DNA from: Histomonas meleagridis 2922-C6/04-290x
Lineage: Eukaryota > Protista > Parabasalia
Assembly (NCBI GenBank): GCA_020184695.1
Contig: JAANOX010000224.1
Location: 366,730-430,729 of the forward strand
Direction of reading: 5' to 3'
Length of the DNA stretch: 64,000 bases
Position 1 is the stretch's first letter; every line of letters starts with the position of its first letter. Position numbers and translations under genes: made by a program. Shown in pieces: positions 1-11,938 of this stretch. Under the pieces are notes generated by a model. The model made no database searches. It was given only the letters and a program-made list of their open reading frames with translations, and was not told the DNA's origin.

Positions 1-223
1 AATAATAAAATGCCTTTTTTTAAAACGTATTGATTGATACTAATTTATCATTACCTTTCATACTTTTTTTATCAATCCAAAACAGGAAACCATCCAATCT
101 TTTTTCTTTGATGGATGTTACCAGAATGTATTTGAATCAATAGAAAAAGTCAACATTTTAATTTCAAAGCATTACACAACCTCCTCACATCTTTTATCGT
201 TTAGAGGACGTTTATTATTCACA

Positions 224-231
224 AAACCGTT
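224..231 (-). promoter_or_regulatory. M3-like motif
   Basis: AAACCGTT (reverse complement AACGGTTT) 11 nt upstream of the ATG at 243. Confidence 0.4.
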
Positions 232-242
232 TAAGGAAAGCG

Positions 243-614
243 ATGGAACCAGAAAGCCGCACAATTCTTCCTATCTTAACTCTGAGCCCAAAAAAAAGAT
301 ATTACTTGTTGGAAGCAGAACCTTATTCAAACGAAATAATATTAAACAAAAAAGATGTTATTGATGGAATTAATAAAAATCTCTTAAGATTATTCGGAAC
401 TGCAGAAATCAACAATATACCAATTGATGTCATCGAAAAAGATACTAATATGTTTGTTGTTTCAACAGACATATCAAAATCTGTCGCTCTTAGATCTGGC
501 TTATTATTATCTCCAAACAATTCGCGAATTCATAACTTTAGAGTTCTTTCTGAGGCATCCTTTCTTCAATCCCTTTTACATGATAGTCGTCTATACTTCT
601 CACCTTTGCTATAA
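243..614 (+). CDS. Rpp14/Pop5/Pop8-like RNase P/MRP subunit (tentative)
   Basis: 123-aa ORF; pattern RYYLLE...LLRLFG...IDVIE...FVV...FRVLSEASFLQSL resembles the Rpp14/Pop5 family. Confidence 0.45.
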   Translation: MEPESRTILPILTLSPKKRYYLLEAEPYSNEIILNKKDVIDGINKNLLRLFGTAEINNIPIDVIEKDTNMFVVSTDISKSVALRSGLLLSPNNSRIHNFRVLSEASFLQSLLHDSRLYFSPLL

Positions 615-1320
615 TATGATGTTTTTTTGGTATAAATAAGTAACTCATTTCCCGAGAATTTATTAAAAATAAAATTTAACATCTCTAATTGATCCAAAAA
701 GGCCATCTAAAAAAATTAGGAACATTTTCTGATAAATAAATGTTAATATTAAGATATTTTTTTGATCAGAAACAATATAGGAAATTTTAAAATAATTTTT
801 ATGCACACACATTAAAAAGATTAATTATTTAGATTTATCTCTCAGATTATGTCATTTATTATTACGTTAAATGTGATTATCTGCTACAGAAAAACAATTA
901 ACAAATGAGATTCTTTCCACAATTCATTAAAGCCATTTCTTGTAAAATTTTTTTCATCATGAAAAATGCTTTTTTTTAAGTGCAATCATTTTTGCATTCT
1001 CTTCCAATTATCTTCAATAACCATCCATTTTTAGAGTAGAGGTATTCATAAATACATAGCCCCTGTAAGGATACTGATTATTGGAACGTTTACATCTTTT
1101 TCTTTGCTTGTGATGCGTCAAGATTGTGAGTCTTATTTCAAATAAAATCATCCTCAAATTCCCAAAAGCAATAACTTTTCAAAAGGAAATGTGGATCAGC
1201 CACTGAAAAATCAGTGCAGATAAACGGTTTGCCTCAATTATTGTTTTTGTTTACATTAAGTTTGAAAGATTTCAGCGGTTTTTGCTTGGTCCTTTGCCGA
1301 TTCAAATACCCACAAAGCAA

Positions 1321-2511
1321 ATGCTTCCAATAAATAGAGGAGAGGCTCCGCATACTAACAAAGAAGTTGGTAAACTTGGAGATGTTAAATATTATAATTC
1401 TTCTTATACATCTTTTCCTCGTCATGAACTTAATCCACCTGACCAAGACTATGCTCGTGAACGTTTTAATGCAATCAATCACAACACAAAAGAAGGTGTA
1501 AAACCAATGACCAAAGAAGAACAAGAATTCGAAAGAAGTTTAAATTGGAAATTAATCAAAAAATTCACAATGGCTATCTTCAAAATGGATGTAACAAGGT
1601 TTAGTTTCCCTGTTGGTTATAACGAGCCTCGTACTTTCCTTGAGCGCTCAGCTGATCTTTTTGGTTTTCTTACCCAAATTTATTTGGATCGTGCCGAAAA
1701 TTGTAATGATCCCTCAATGCGTCTTGCCAACGTTGCTGTTGGTATTGCTGCTGGGTATCATTATTATCTTCAGCAAAAGAAGCCATGGAATCCAGTTCTT
1801 GGAGAAACATATATCGGAAGATGGGAAAATGATGTTACTATCTATGGTGAGCAAACTAGCCACCACCCACCAGTTTCACAAATCCAAATTGTGACACCTA
1901 ATAACAAATGGAAGATTAATGCCAAATTCAATTTTGCTATTGACACTGGTATTACACGTATTGATATTCTCCAAAAGGGACTCACTGAACTTGAGTTTGG
2001 TGATGGAACTCATATCGAATGGGAATTCCCAATTATTGCTGTTACAGGATTACTTCATGGAGATCGCGTTGTTAAAGTTAGCGGCGTTGTTGAGATCAAA
2101 GATACAACACATAACCTTATTGCAGTGATTGATGTTAATCCTACACCATCAAAAACAAATGGAATTAAGAAATCTCGACCAACCACAATATATGGTGGAG
2201 TTGCACCAATTCCATCCAACGTTGATAAAAAGGAAAAGAAATCCCTTCAGTTCAACCCAGTTATCAAAGGCGATTATTGTGATAAATTATTTATCGGAGA
2301 TGAAAAAGCTTGGGACATTAATGAGAACATTGTCAAGAGACCAAACAAGCAAGTCGATGATGACGAAATTTTACCATCAGATTGCAGATATCGAATTGAT
2401 AGAGGATATCTTATTGAAGGTAATATGGATGTTGCTGACAAAGCCAAGACTATTATGGAAGAGTGTCAGCGTCACGACTATAAACTTAGGGAAAGCATTC
2501 CTAAACATTAG
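1321..2511 (+). CDS. Oxysterol-binding protein (OSBP/ORP) family
   Basis: KKPWNPVLGETY, EQTSHHPPVS and SDCRYRIDR match the OSBP signatures; first ATG at 1321. Confidence 0.93.
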   Translation: MLPINRGEAPHTNKEVGKLGDVKYYNSSYTSFPRHELNPPDQDYARERFNAINHNTKEGVKPMTKEEQEFERSLNWKLIKKFTMAIFKMDVTRFSFPVGYNEPRTFLERSADLFGFLTQIYLDRAENCNDPSMRLANVAVGIAAGYHYYLQQKKPWNPVLGETYIGRWENDVTIYGEQTSHHPPVSQIQIVTPNNKWKINAKFNFAIDTGITRIDILQKGLTELEFGDGTHIEWEFPIIAVTGLLHGDRVVKVSGVVEIKDTTHNLIAVIDVNPTPSKTNGIKKSRPTTIYGGVAPIPSNVDKKEKKSLQFNPVIKGDYCDKLFIGDEKAWDINENIVKRPNKQVDDDEILPSDCRYRIDRGYLIEGNMDVADKAKTIMEECQRHDYKLRESIPKH

Positions 2512-2551
2512 AATATTCTATTAAAATTTGATTTTTTCTAATTTCTTATTT

Positions 2552-3496
2552 TTATTTCTGTTCTTGTTTAGCCTTCAGCGAAGCGACAATTTGTTCTGTC
2601 GAGGGTACATTACTCTTTTGGAGGTCTGCCTCGGTGACGGTTTGAATTTCCTCGACGGTTTGGAGTGCCCCGTCGACCGTTTTCTTGTTGAGTTCTTTTT
2701 GTTTTCTTCGTTTTTCACCTGTTTTATGTTTCAGGAAATATTCACCGCTTTCAATTTGTCGATCGATTTCGGTGTCTTTCGGATAATCCGGTAAAATGTT
2801 CTTGTTTCTAATTTTTCTCTTGAACTTCTTCTTCTTTTTGTTCATCTTCTTGAATTTGGGTAGAAAACGGTCCCAGTCTTGATTGGCGAGCTCGGGGCGC
2901 TTCATGAGGTCGCGCTTGACCATAAGCGTCTTAATGTGGTACACGGGATGGATGTTATTCATACAATCTGTGGCTACTTTCTGAACTGTTCTTAATCCTT
3001 CTGGTGGTCCGATCGCGGCAACTGTATGTCCTTGTACTAAGATATAACACTTGGTAAGAAGTTCTAAAGCTTTAAGCGTATCACCATTGGGGCCAATTAA
3101 ACGTTGGCGACGTTTAATAAAGCGTTCTGTATTTCTGATATCACGACCAATGACAATGATCATTGACTCAACGTCATCATCAAGAACACGAACCGCATTT
3201 TCAAATGGTACTGATCGTGCTAATAACTTGATTAAATCGCGACATCGGATAATTGCACATGGATCCCAGGTTTCATTGGTGGTACGAACAACCATAACAC
3301 CATCTTTGGTATCAAGAGTACAATCAATCCCCAAAGTTTTAAGTTTTTCTTCAACTTTGGGCCAAATATCAGTCAGATAACGTTCGCGATAATGAGGAAA
3401 TAGAACTGCAAATGAAGACTCTTCTAAGAGAGGGTGTTTCATATCCCCTTTTTGAAATGGGCGCAGAAATTCTGGATCAAGTTCCTGCTGCTCCAT
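2552..3496 (-). CDS. KRR1: KRR1 small-subunit processome KH-domain protein
   Basis: EESSFAVLFPHYRE, RQRLIGPNGDTLKALELLTKCYILVQG, MNNIHPVYHIKTLM, WDRFLPKF; start at 3496 preferred over the longer ORF (3619) because M3-like motifs lie just upstream. Confidence 0.93.
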   Translation of the reverse strand: MEQQELDPEFLRPFQKGDMKHPLLEESSFAVLFPHYRERYLTDIWPKVEEKLKTLGIDCTLDTKDGVMVVRTTNETWDPCAIIRCRDLIKLLARSVPFENAVRVLDDDVESMIIVIGRDIRNTERFIKRRQRLIGPNGDTLKALELLTKCYILVQGHTVAAIGPPEGLRTVQKVATDCMNNIHPVYHIKTLMVKRDLMKRPELANQDWDRFLPKFKKMNKKKKKFKRKIRNKNILPDYPKDTEIDRQIESGEYFLKHKTGEKRRKQKELNKKTVDGALQTVEEIQTVTEADLQKSNVPSTEQIVASLKAKQEQK

Positions 3497-3517
3497 TTTT
3501 TCTTTGGTCTTCCGATT

Positions 3518-3539
3518 AACGGTTGCTAATAAACGGCTT
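3518..3539 (+). promoter_or_regulatory. Two M3-like motifs upstream of KRR1
   Basis: AACGGTTG and AACGGCTT 22-43 nt upstream of the ATG at 3496. Confidence 0.4.
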
Positions 3540-3870
3540 CCATAAAAATCTTCTTTTGGGTGAAATGTATTGTTTGATGAAAACATGATGCATTCTGTAT
3601 TTAACTTACTTATGTTCAAATTATTTTAGCAATATGCAATTTCCTCTAAATCCTCTTAAATTGTGATGAATCTTTTGGAAAAAATAAATAACATTTCTTT
3701 AAAGATATCTCTCACACTTGTTATTATAGTAACTTCCATTTGTAGAAACTGCCTTGAAAAATATGTAGATCGACAACAAAATCTGAAATAAATCATTAAT
3801 TTTTATATAGTTTGTTAGCAAATAGAAATTTTAATACACCTTCAGTCCCAAAAATATTATTTAATTGTGT

Positions 3871-5346
3871 TTAATTGTTTATATCATCGCCCCAAGTTTT
3901 ATAATAAAAAATTGGCGCGCCTATTTGTGTTAAAATTTCGGCTTCTGTCAATTGAACAAAGTTTGGCGCCTTGAGAACGGATGGAATTTCTCCAAAGCCT
4001 TTGATGATACGGTAGTTCTTAAATGGTGAAACAGGAGAATATGCTTGGAATTTATAGCCATTGGCTTGAATTTGAGTTTCTTTGAATCCATCTTTGGAAT
4101 GTGGAGTATATTGTTTACAAGCAATGCTGAGAAGAGGCTTTGTATATGTGTAATCAGAGCGAGTAAAATCAAGATCAGAAATGGGTTTTGTTTCAACAGT
4201 ATATTCGTTAGCAACCTCATGATGATTTTCTAATATAATTTTTTTGGTAATAATCGCAATGTTATTATCTTTTGTTAAAGAAATACAATATGGCATGAGA
4301 ATGAACTGATCGGAATGAGCTTCAATTTCTGCAAGTTTCACGACATTGTCTATAAATAATTCATGAGAAATTGGATTATATAAAGTTAACTCGTTTACAC
4401 CCATTGTCAAAATCCCTTTGCCTGGTAGCAAGATTGATGTGCTATTAAAAATTTGGAATCGTTCTAAATTTTCGTCAACTAAATGAAGATTAAATTCATC
4501 ATCAGATTTCTCGATTCGATACAAATAAGGGTTAATTGAAACATATTGTTGGCCTTCGAAGTTAATGGTGTTGAGTATTGTTTGATACTTCTGCGTTTGG
4601 AAACGATTGAATTCTGAGTAAATTGGTCTGAATGGAATTCTTTCTCCTGTCGAAGAAATACATTGAGCTTTCAACTGCACAATTTCATTCTCAGTGATTC
4701 GAAATACAAGTCCATAAATCACAAAATAAAAGAAATTTTCTCTCCGAATTATAATGGGATCATACCTTCCTGAAATTTCAAAGTTAATTGGTGCGCTTTT
4801 GAAGGTTGTTATGATTGTGTCTCCTATACGGAGCGCAAGAACAAGCTCTGAATTATTTCCTGTCTTATATATGAGAAATAAAGGTGATTCATTATATGAT
4901 AATTGAATCAAATCGCCTCTAAAAAACGGATATCTTAAAAGAAAAGCATAATCACTACTTTCTGTTATTTGTCGGCGATTTGAACGCTGTAAAAATTTAA
5001 TTCCTTTTTCATTTTCAATGATTTCTCCCAAAGAAAGAATTGTCCTTATTTCATTTTTTGGAGCTTTTGAAATCTTTTGTTGGCGCAACTGAGAACTTTT
5101 GTTTGCCATCATTTGCACTTGGGGATAAAATGAAAAAAATTGTGGGAAAAATGGTATCCCATAAAAAGGAAGATATTGATATGGATACATGTATGGTATG
5201 TAACCGCCATAAAGAGGGAAACAATATAACGGAAATGAATAACAGACTATTGAAACATTCCCTTCATTTGGAACTAGGATCATTTGTTTATTATCTTCTT
5301 CTTTTATATCAGCAGAAGCTCCGTGTTTGCTGTGTTGGTTACTCAT
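3871..5346 (-). CDS. Hypothetical protein with Tyr/Pro/Phe-rich N-terminal segment
   Basis: Long ORF (3871-5442); ATG at 5346 lies 10 nt from an AACGGTTT motif; no family recognised. Confidence 0.7.
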   Translation of the reverse strand: MSNQHSKHGASADIKEEDNKQMILVPNEGNVSIVCYSFPLYCFPLYGGYIPYMYPYQYLPFYGIPFFPQFFSFYPQVQMMANKSSQLRQQKISKAPKNEIRTILSLGEIIENEKGIKFLQRSNRRQITESSDYAFLLRYPFFRGDLIQLSYNESPLFLIYKTGNNSELVLALRIGDTIITTFKSAPINFEISGRYDPIIIRRENFFYFVIYGLVFRITENEIVQLKAQCISSTGERIPFRPIYSEFNRFQTQKYQTILNTINFEGQQYVSINPYLYRIEKSDDEFNLHLVDENLERFQIFNSTSILLPGKGILTMGVNELTLYNPISHELFIDNVVKLAEIEAHSDQFILMPYCISLTKDNNIAIITKKIILENHHEVANEYTVETKPISDLDFTRSDYTYTKPLLSIACKQYTPHSKDGFKETQIQANGYKFQAYSPVSPFKNYRIIKGFGEIPSVLKAPNFVQLTEAEILTQIGAPIFYYKTWGDDINN

Positions 5347-5355
5347 GTTAAAAAT

Positions 5356-5363
5356 AACGGTTT
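5356..5363 (+). promoter_or_regulatory. M3-like motif
   Basis: AACGGTTT 10 nt upstream of the minus-strand ATG at 5346. Confidence 0.4.
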
Positions 5364-5642
5364 TTGAAAAAAAGAAAAAGAAAAAATTTTGAATGTTTCT
5401 AATTAGTTTGGAACGAAAATAACACAAGCTTTCGATTATCAACTAAAGGGAATTACATCATTTGTTGGTTCAATCCAAAAAAGTCAAAATTTGAAAATTG
5501 AAAAAATATGATTAATTCAATTTCAAAATTAATTTTTGCTTTAAATATTTACTTAAGTATTACACCAGAGCAACCAAGCAAAAAAACAAAATATTAATAA
5601 TTAAGAACATTTTTATTTATATTTAATAATAAAATTTATCTG

Positions 5643-7049
5643 TTATTCCGTTTTTGGATGTTCTTTTTTCATCATAATTTTATGATCAACGAATGAAATC
5701 GTCGCTGTAAACGAAGCGAACACCACCCAACCCGCCATTAACACGAACACAGTTATATAGAAAAACGCGAGCCAATTAAACAAAGGCGTTCCATCACTAA
5801 ATGCGTTATACGTCGGCATAATATTATCGCCAAGTGTAAAACTCACCAAAATCTCAACCATTGACACAATCGAATGTGCTTTTTCAGCAACACTCGAAAA
5901 CATAAAAATACCAAACAAAAAGAATGCAAAAATAATTGGAACAAATCCAAGTATAACATCAACAATCATAAAAATTCCTTCTCGGATAATTTCAACAAAA
6001 TGATATGAATAATCATTAAATTGAAACCATTGTAATGCCGACAGAAACATAAAGAATGATGATACAGCAAAGTATTGTAATGTTAATAATGATGGATACT
6101 CAGTTAATTTCAAACATTCCACAAACACGACGATGCAGGCGGTTATGATCAGACAGCTCACAAATATTTCGTAAACTAGCCAAACGCCAAAAGTGTAATG
6201 AAACTGTTGACGAGGTTTTAATTCTTGATAAATAACATCAGTATCAAGCCAATGATGATGTTTCGCCCAACGTTGACGGTGTTCATAGAAAAGAATAAAA
6301 AGATGAATTAAGGATGATATGAAAAGAGGACGAATAGCTTCAATTGATTTGAAATAATAATGAAGATGCTTACGATCGATTTTACGACCTTTAATAGAGT
6401 CTCCTTCAAGAGGACATCGATGACGAATGATTTTGGAACTTAGAAAGAAGGCTGGATCAGAATTTACACATGATACAATAACAAGAAATTCCCATAAACT
6501 ACAACCTGGAACTGGTCTACGAGATGAAAAAACATAAATCGGAACTGAGGTACGTATTGTAGTGATGTTTTTGAGTGATTCTGAAGTGATGGATGGTTCA
6601 AAAATAATTGATTCCGTTCCATTATTATATGTAAAATGATGGTACACAAGCGTTGTTTCATTTGGAAAGTCAATGTCCATGAGAAAATCGGTTTTAATAC
6701 TTTCAGCTTTTTCTTGAATTTCTTGATAGTAATTATTAATGAAAGATGCCGTAGCTACCGAAGTTTCATGAGTTTCTAAAAAAAATACTGATTTGAAAAC
6801 TCCACGGATATTGTAAGCATCCATCTGAACAGGTTCAAGTACATTCATTAAGTACATCCAGCAACAAAAAACTTCGATAATGTGGAAAAGTTTTCTCATT
6901 GTAAACCTATGATATATCCGCCATGTTTCAAGAGTGCCAATATTGTTAAAATATGATAAAGAAATTGGAAATGTCACAAGACGAATTCTTAGAGGCATTT
7001 CCTTTCTGCTGTTAACGTTTGCAACTTTAGGGTGCCCCTCAATAAACAA
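5643..7049 (-). CDS. Mucolipin/polycystin-like cation channel
   Basis: N-terminal TM, large luminal loop, then several TMs with a pore-like SMVEILVSFTLGDNIMPTY segment and a final TM. Confidence 0.7.
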   Translation of the reverse strand: MFIEGHPKVANVNSRKEMPLRIRLVTFPISLSYFNNIGTLETWRIYHRFTMRKLFHIIEVFCCWMYLMNVLEPVQMDAYNIRGVFKSVFFLETHETSVATASFINNYYQEIQEKAESIKTDFLMDIDFPNETTLVYHHFTYNNGTESIIFEPSITSESLKNITTIRTSVPIYVFSSRRPVPGCSLWEFLVIVSCVNSDPAFFLSSKIIRHRCPLEGDSIKGRKIDRKHLHYYFKSIEAIRPLFISSLIHLFILFYEHRQRWAKHHHWLDTDVIYQELKPRQQFHYTFGVWLVYEIFVSCLIITACIVVFVECLKLTEYPSLLTLQYFAVSSFFMFLSALQWFQFNDYSYHFVEIIREGIFMIVDVILGFVPIIFAFFLFGIFMFSSVAEKAHSIVSMVEILVSFTLGDNIMPTYNAFSDGTPLFNWLAFFYITVFVLMAGWVVFASFTATISFVDHKIMMKKEHPKTE

Positions 7050-8087
7050 TTGAAATCATTTATCGTTTCTTGATTCACCACTGCTATATGTTACAAGCAT
7101 TATTAAATTGGTCATGAACACTTGCTTGTCTTTTAAAAAACTTGATTTGTTCCAACATTATAGATATAATAAATGTTTTGAAAGTATGTTATTTTTCTTG
7201 ATTTTTAACTTACTCTCGAACCAAACATTGTGTGTTAAATCTAATTTTAGCCTTGAAGTCACAGAAGAAAATGAAAATTTATCATATTTTAAGAATTTTA
7301 CGAAATATTTTTTCATTCAACATAATTATGTTGTCTAACGTTAGACAAATTCCTCGCCATTCATTTTCTCATTGGAATCCATTGGTAGAAGAACTAGTTC
7401 ATAATACTTCCGCTATTTCTATTAAAGATTAATGCATTTCTTTTTTATTCAACATGAAATATTTGGGGAAAAAAATGAAATAATTACAATATCATCTTTT
7501 ACATTTATATTACAAATATACAAAGTTATATTATTATTAATGAAAGCATTGAAACTAATTCTAAATCATTTATTAATTGGAGCACAACAACAATAAATTT
7601 AAATGATAACAAATTCTAACATCATCACTTTCTATATATCTAACTCGGGTTCAATCCGATTCATATACAAATTTATATTTTGACTTAAAAACATCATCAC
7701 TATCATATACATTAGTTCACACCACAATTCGAACATCCAGGATTTCATATATTTCAACAAATGCATCAATGCATATACATCTTCATTAACAATAGTAACT
7801 TACATATATGTCATATCAGCATTACAACACATATGTATAAAGCATATGATGCTTCATAGCAATTGTTATATAAATGCTTGTGTGTAAAAATAAATTATAT
7901 TAATATTAATTGTAAATTTTTTTCATCTATAATGAAAATATGTACAGTATATGATATTTTATCTGTTGCCCATTTTTCCTATATTATCTAATGTTTATAA
8001 TGTTTCGCATTCATTTGTAAATTTACCAAAGAGTAATACATAAAATTATATAATTAAAACATTTAAATAAAAAATTTTTAATCACTT

Positions 8088-9206
8088 TTACTCAGATTTC
8101 ATCACATCCCAAGTACAATAAACAAATTGAAAATCGCTTTCGAATCTATGACCGTCCAAATATCTCAACATCTCTGTTAAATAAGATTTACATGATTTCT
8201 CCATACTTATTTTTAGTGCTGAAGTTTCTTTACTATTTGTTACCAAAGCTTTAACGAAATTCACAACTTTTTCTGCCAAGTCATCGATATCTATTTGATA
8301 CATTCCTACAACAATTCCAGATATGCCAACAACAATTATATCCATTAGTAAGCCTAAATATTCAGTGTTATATGGAGAATCAGCTTCAAAATCTTCTTCA
8401 TCCATTTTGTCTAATTCTTCGATAACTTTTTTTGATGAGGAAATTAAAGTATTCAAATTGCTATCGTTTTCGTTACCAGTGAATAAGTCGTCGCAACTTA
8501 ATGAAATTCGATTAGAAAGAAGAGATATTGTGTCTAATATGCTCCCAGAAAGACGGGAATAAAATAAGTCATTAGTTTTGGAATCTGTTGATTCAGATGC
8601 ACGAATTAATGATTTAAGCCACATACGAATAATATGATGTTGTATCTCAATGGAAAAGCTTTGAGCTTTGCCAATGCCACGTTCTCCATCTCCATAACGC
8701 ATACGATAGCCACATGAAAGAAGATCAACTAATGCTCCATTTACACTTGTTGTAAAACTTTTATAAACTTCGGCGGGTTTAAATATAGTTAAAAGTTCCT
8801 TCGAAAGGTCCATAAGATCTTTATGTAAAGCAATTGATTTACTACGATCTGGAAATTTAAATGTGGGAAGGATTGAAGAAAGAGCTAAAAAGCGTATCTC
8901 TGGATTAGGAATATTATAAATAATATTGAGGGCTTCGAAAAGATGTTTTTCGGTTTTGGCATCAAAAATTAATAATGGAAATTTGGATGTGGATTTCATT
9001 TCAAGCAGAACCAATTTGTTCTTGTTTGTTACTTTTTCAATATTTTCAACATCTACTTTTAACAGAACAGATTTCCAATCGTATGATAGAATTTCGAAGT
9101 ATTTGAGTGAAGTAATTAAATGACAATTTGTAAAAGCTTTAATTTGGGCTTCATTAAACCCATATGATATATTGAAAATTGAACCATGAAATTTTGGAGT
9201 AAACAT
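8088..9206 (-). CDS. Hypothetical protein
   Basis: 372-aa ORF with normal composition; no family recognised. Confidence 0.7.
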   Translation of the reverse strand: MFTPKFHGSIFNISYGFNEAQIKAFTNCHLITSLKYFEILSYDWKSVLLKVDVENIEKVTNKNKLVLLEMKSTSKFPLLIFDAKTEKHLFEALNIIYNIPNPEIRFLALSSILPTFKFPDRSKSIALHKDLMDLSKELLTIFKPAEVYKSFTTSVNGALVDLLSCGYRMRYGDGERGIGKAQSFSIEIQHHIIRMWLKSLIRASESTDSKTNDLFYSRLSGSILDTISLLSNRISLSCDDLFTGNENDSNLNTLISSSKKVIEELDKMDEEDFEADSPYNTEYLGLLMDIIVVGISGIVVGMYQIDIDDLAEKVVNFVKALVTNSKETSALKISMEKSCKSYLTEMLRYLDGHRFESDFQFVYCTWDVMKSE

Positions 9207-9650
9207 TTTTTATTTTGTAAGTTCTTTGTAATACCAACGATCAAAATGAATTTAAAAAACTATTAATAAAAATCAAAACACATCCCAATAATTCTTACAT
9301 ATGTAAACTAATTTGATGAATGCATAAAAGAGTAAAACATCATACCCAAAACATCCCAAAAGGAAATGATGTTAAACACAAAGTTTATTATTTTTTTAGT
9401 TCAATTTAGGAAAAAAAAAGAGTGGAATGAGTTTGCCTGTATCTGTTATAAGAGAACATCGTTCAGCTCAAAAAATCAAAATCCGCAATACATAAAGAAG
9501 TAAAGAGAAATTCCATTGTGTTAACCTGAAGAAAAGCATAACGAAAACATGTTTGTTTGTGTTTCATATCTAAGATATTTAAAGAATTTTCTCTTACCTC
9601 AAAGCAAAAACATTAAGAAACAATTCGAAGATATAAATTTATCAAAAAAT

Positions 9651-10613
9651 TTATTCGAATTTCATTTTCTTTACACCGCCTCTAAGACGTTGATCCGAGT
9701 AACGCTCATTCAACAAATGTTTATCATTTTTCAGAATATTTTTTGCCTTTTTTATCATCCAATCTGATGCCTCTAAAATTTCTTCTTCACCAATATTTGT
9801 TGTATATCTTAACAATAGCTGCATTGGGAATCTTTGATTTAATCCGACAAAAGAAGAATAAACAGCAGCTGCAGCGCCAACAGCTGTTGGACAATCAAGT
9901 GACTCAAAAGACATTATGAAAACTTCACAAAAAAAATTCGCACACTCATAGACAATTGCATCTGTTGAAACAATATCAAGAAACCTACGCACAAAAAACT
10001 TGATTGTAGGATATGTTGTACGAAATGATAGAGCTGGAAGAAGATCCATTTCAGTTGCGATTATTTGATCCGCTATAAAATTTGTATTCGTTTTCTCTAA
10101 ATATTGATCTAAATATCCATACGTGCGTTTGTCGGCTTTAATGGAGAGCCAAAGACATGATAAAACAAAGAGTTGAATATTTTCTGCAAGGAGTTCTGTG
10201 GAACAAAGAACAATGTTGATATAAAATGCTGCATTGAAAAGTGCATCACTGGAACAGCCAATATCTTGCGCTACTCGTATTAAATACTTAATAATGTTTT
10301 CTCTCATTTTTGGAGATTTTTGAAGAATTTTTTCCTGGCGAGTAAGGAATGATTTTTTGGAAACTACATTAGAAAAATCTTCGTCCATGGCATTTAAAAA
10401 AATATCATTTGCAATATATGATAATTTTCTTGGGATACTTTTATTTTGCTCATCAATATCAATTATCTCTTCTTCACTATCTTCAGTGAAATCAGGATCA
10501 CTATATTCATCATCATCTTCTATACTATTTATATTTTGAATTTTCATTGTGCTTTGGGAAACCTTTTCATCTCCTATGTTGTTTAGATTAATTTTAGTTT
10601 CATGTTCATCCAT
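9651..10613 (-). CDS. Cyclin (A/B-like cyclin box)
   Basis: MRENIIKYLIRV, QLFVLSCLWLSIK, IIATEMDLLPALSF, PTIKFFVRRF. Confidence 0.88.
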   Translation of the reverse strand: MDEHETKINLNNIGDEKVSQSTMKIQNINSIEDDDEYSDPDFTEDSEEEIIDIDEQNKSIPRKLSYIANDIFLNAMDEDFSNVVSKKSFLTRQEKILQKSPKMRENIIKYLIRVAQDIGCSSDALFNAAFYINIVLCSTELLAENIQLFVLSCLWLSIKADKRTYGYLDQYLEKTNTNFIADQIIATEMDLLPALSFRTTYPTIKFFVRRFLDIVSTDAIVYECANFFCEVFIMSFESLDCPTAVGAAAAVYSSFVGLNQRFPMQLLLRYTTNIGEEEILEASDWMIKKAKNILKNDKHLLNERYSDQRLRGGVKKMKFE

Positions 10614-11350
10614 ATCGGGTCAATTAATAAACGGGCATTAACGTCAGCTTTGATAAATTTATCCAAAAAAATTAAGAAAATTTACTTTTCAACAGCTTTA
10701 CGACTTCGTTTCGTTTGGACGCTTCAAGGATGTTAAAATGGCATTTTATCCGATTGATATTAATGTCATATTTTTAAATGAAAAAGCATTTATTTGAAGT
10801 ATAAGATAACATTACTACAAAAAAATTTTTATTATCAAATATATAACGGGCTTAACATGTGATAGGGCGAAAGCCTCAGATGAGTAGAAATTGAGCATTA
10901 ATCACAAAAATTAAATATTGTTGCATACTACAATTCATGTTGAGTTACACCTGTGTTAGGCCTCAGCAATATTTGTCGATTAAAAATAAGCAATAATATT
11001 ATTGACGATATTATTCGAAAAAACGCAGCGGTTTTATATTGTTTTTCTTTCTTGAAATTGAGTGAAAACAACATAAATTACGACGCAAAGTTCCGTTTAC
11101 TACAATAGATTTTCAGACAAAATTGAATATAAACCGCCTTGACAACATGAAAAGTGACAGAATGCCTCAAAACCTTACATTCAAATCGTGGTTTTCACCG
11201 GTTTACATATGTAAACAGTTATTCACACAATCCCCCTGAATACAACGTGCCAAAAATTTTACAAGCCATTCAAAATTGAGTTACTGTAATTTCAATTGAA
11301 ATAGATTTGTTTTAACTTTTTGAAATTTTATCAAAAGTTCAAATCCAATC

Positions 11351-11938
11351 ATGAAATCGCACACAAAGACGAAATCCTATCCCCCAACAAATCTGGATAT
11401 CTCGTCTGCGGATGAACTACAGATAGGGGTACCTTTAAGGCTGTTATCTTTTTGTCAATTATGCGGATCTATGGTGAACAAATATGGCGAACCCTTCACA
11501 GGTTTAACAGAAGATGAAGCAGATAACCCAGTGGTTGTTCGCGAAATTACATCTGATTCAACTAAATCGTATCCTTTCGCAAACCACTACTCATCTTCAT
11601 CTGGAAATGAGTTTACACTTTCCGTAAATAATACACAAGCTAAAGCAACTACAGAGGAAAGGGAAGAGCCTTCCGACTTCATTTTTGATGAATTTGACCC
11701 ACAGTCACATTTTATGCAATTTCTCCATAGGACTAACGAAAGTAGACTCAAGTCAATAGGATACACTTACCCATCTTCTACTCCAAACCAGGAAACCACA
11801 TACAATTTTAAGCATTTGTTCAAATCTGTTCCAAATTCAATGGGCGCTGAAAAAAATAAGAAGCGTCCAAGGTCCCATAGCTCTAACTTACCTCATAGCA
11901 TTGCATCAAATGTTAAAATCATCAAGGTTATGAGATAA
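11351..11938 (+). CDS. Hypothetical protein
   Basis: 195-aa ORF with coding-like composition. Confidence 0.55.
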   Translation: MKSHTKTKSYPPTNLDISSADELQIGVPLRLLSFCQLCGSMVNKYGEPFTGLTEDEADNPVVVREITSDSTKSYPFANHYSSSSGNEFTLSVNNTQAKATTEEREEPSDFIFDEFDPQSHFMQFLHRTNESRLKSIGYTYPSSTPNQETTYNFKHLFKSVPNSMGAEKNKKRPRSHSSNLPHSIASNVKIIKVMR

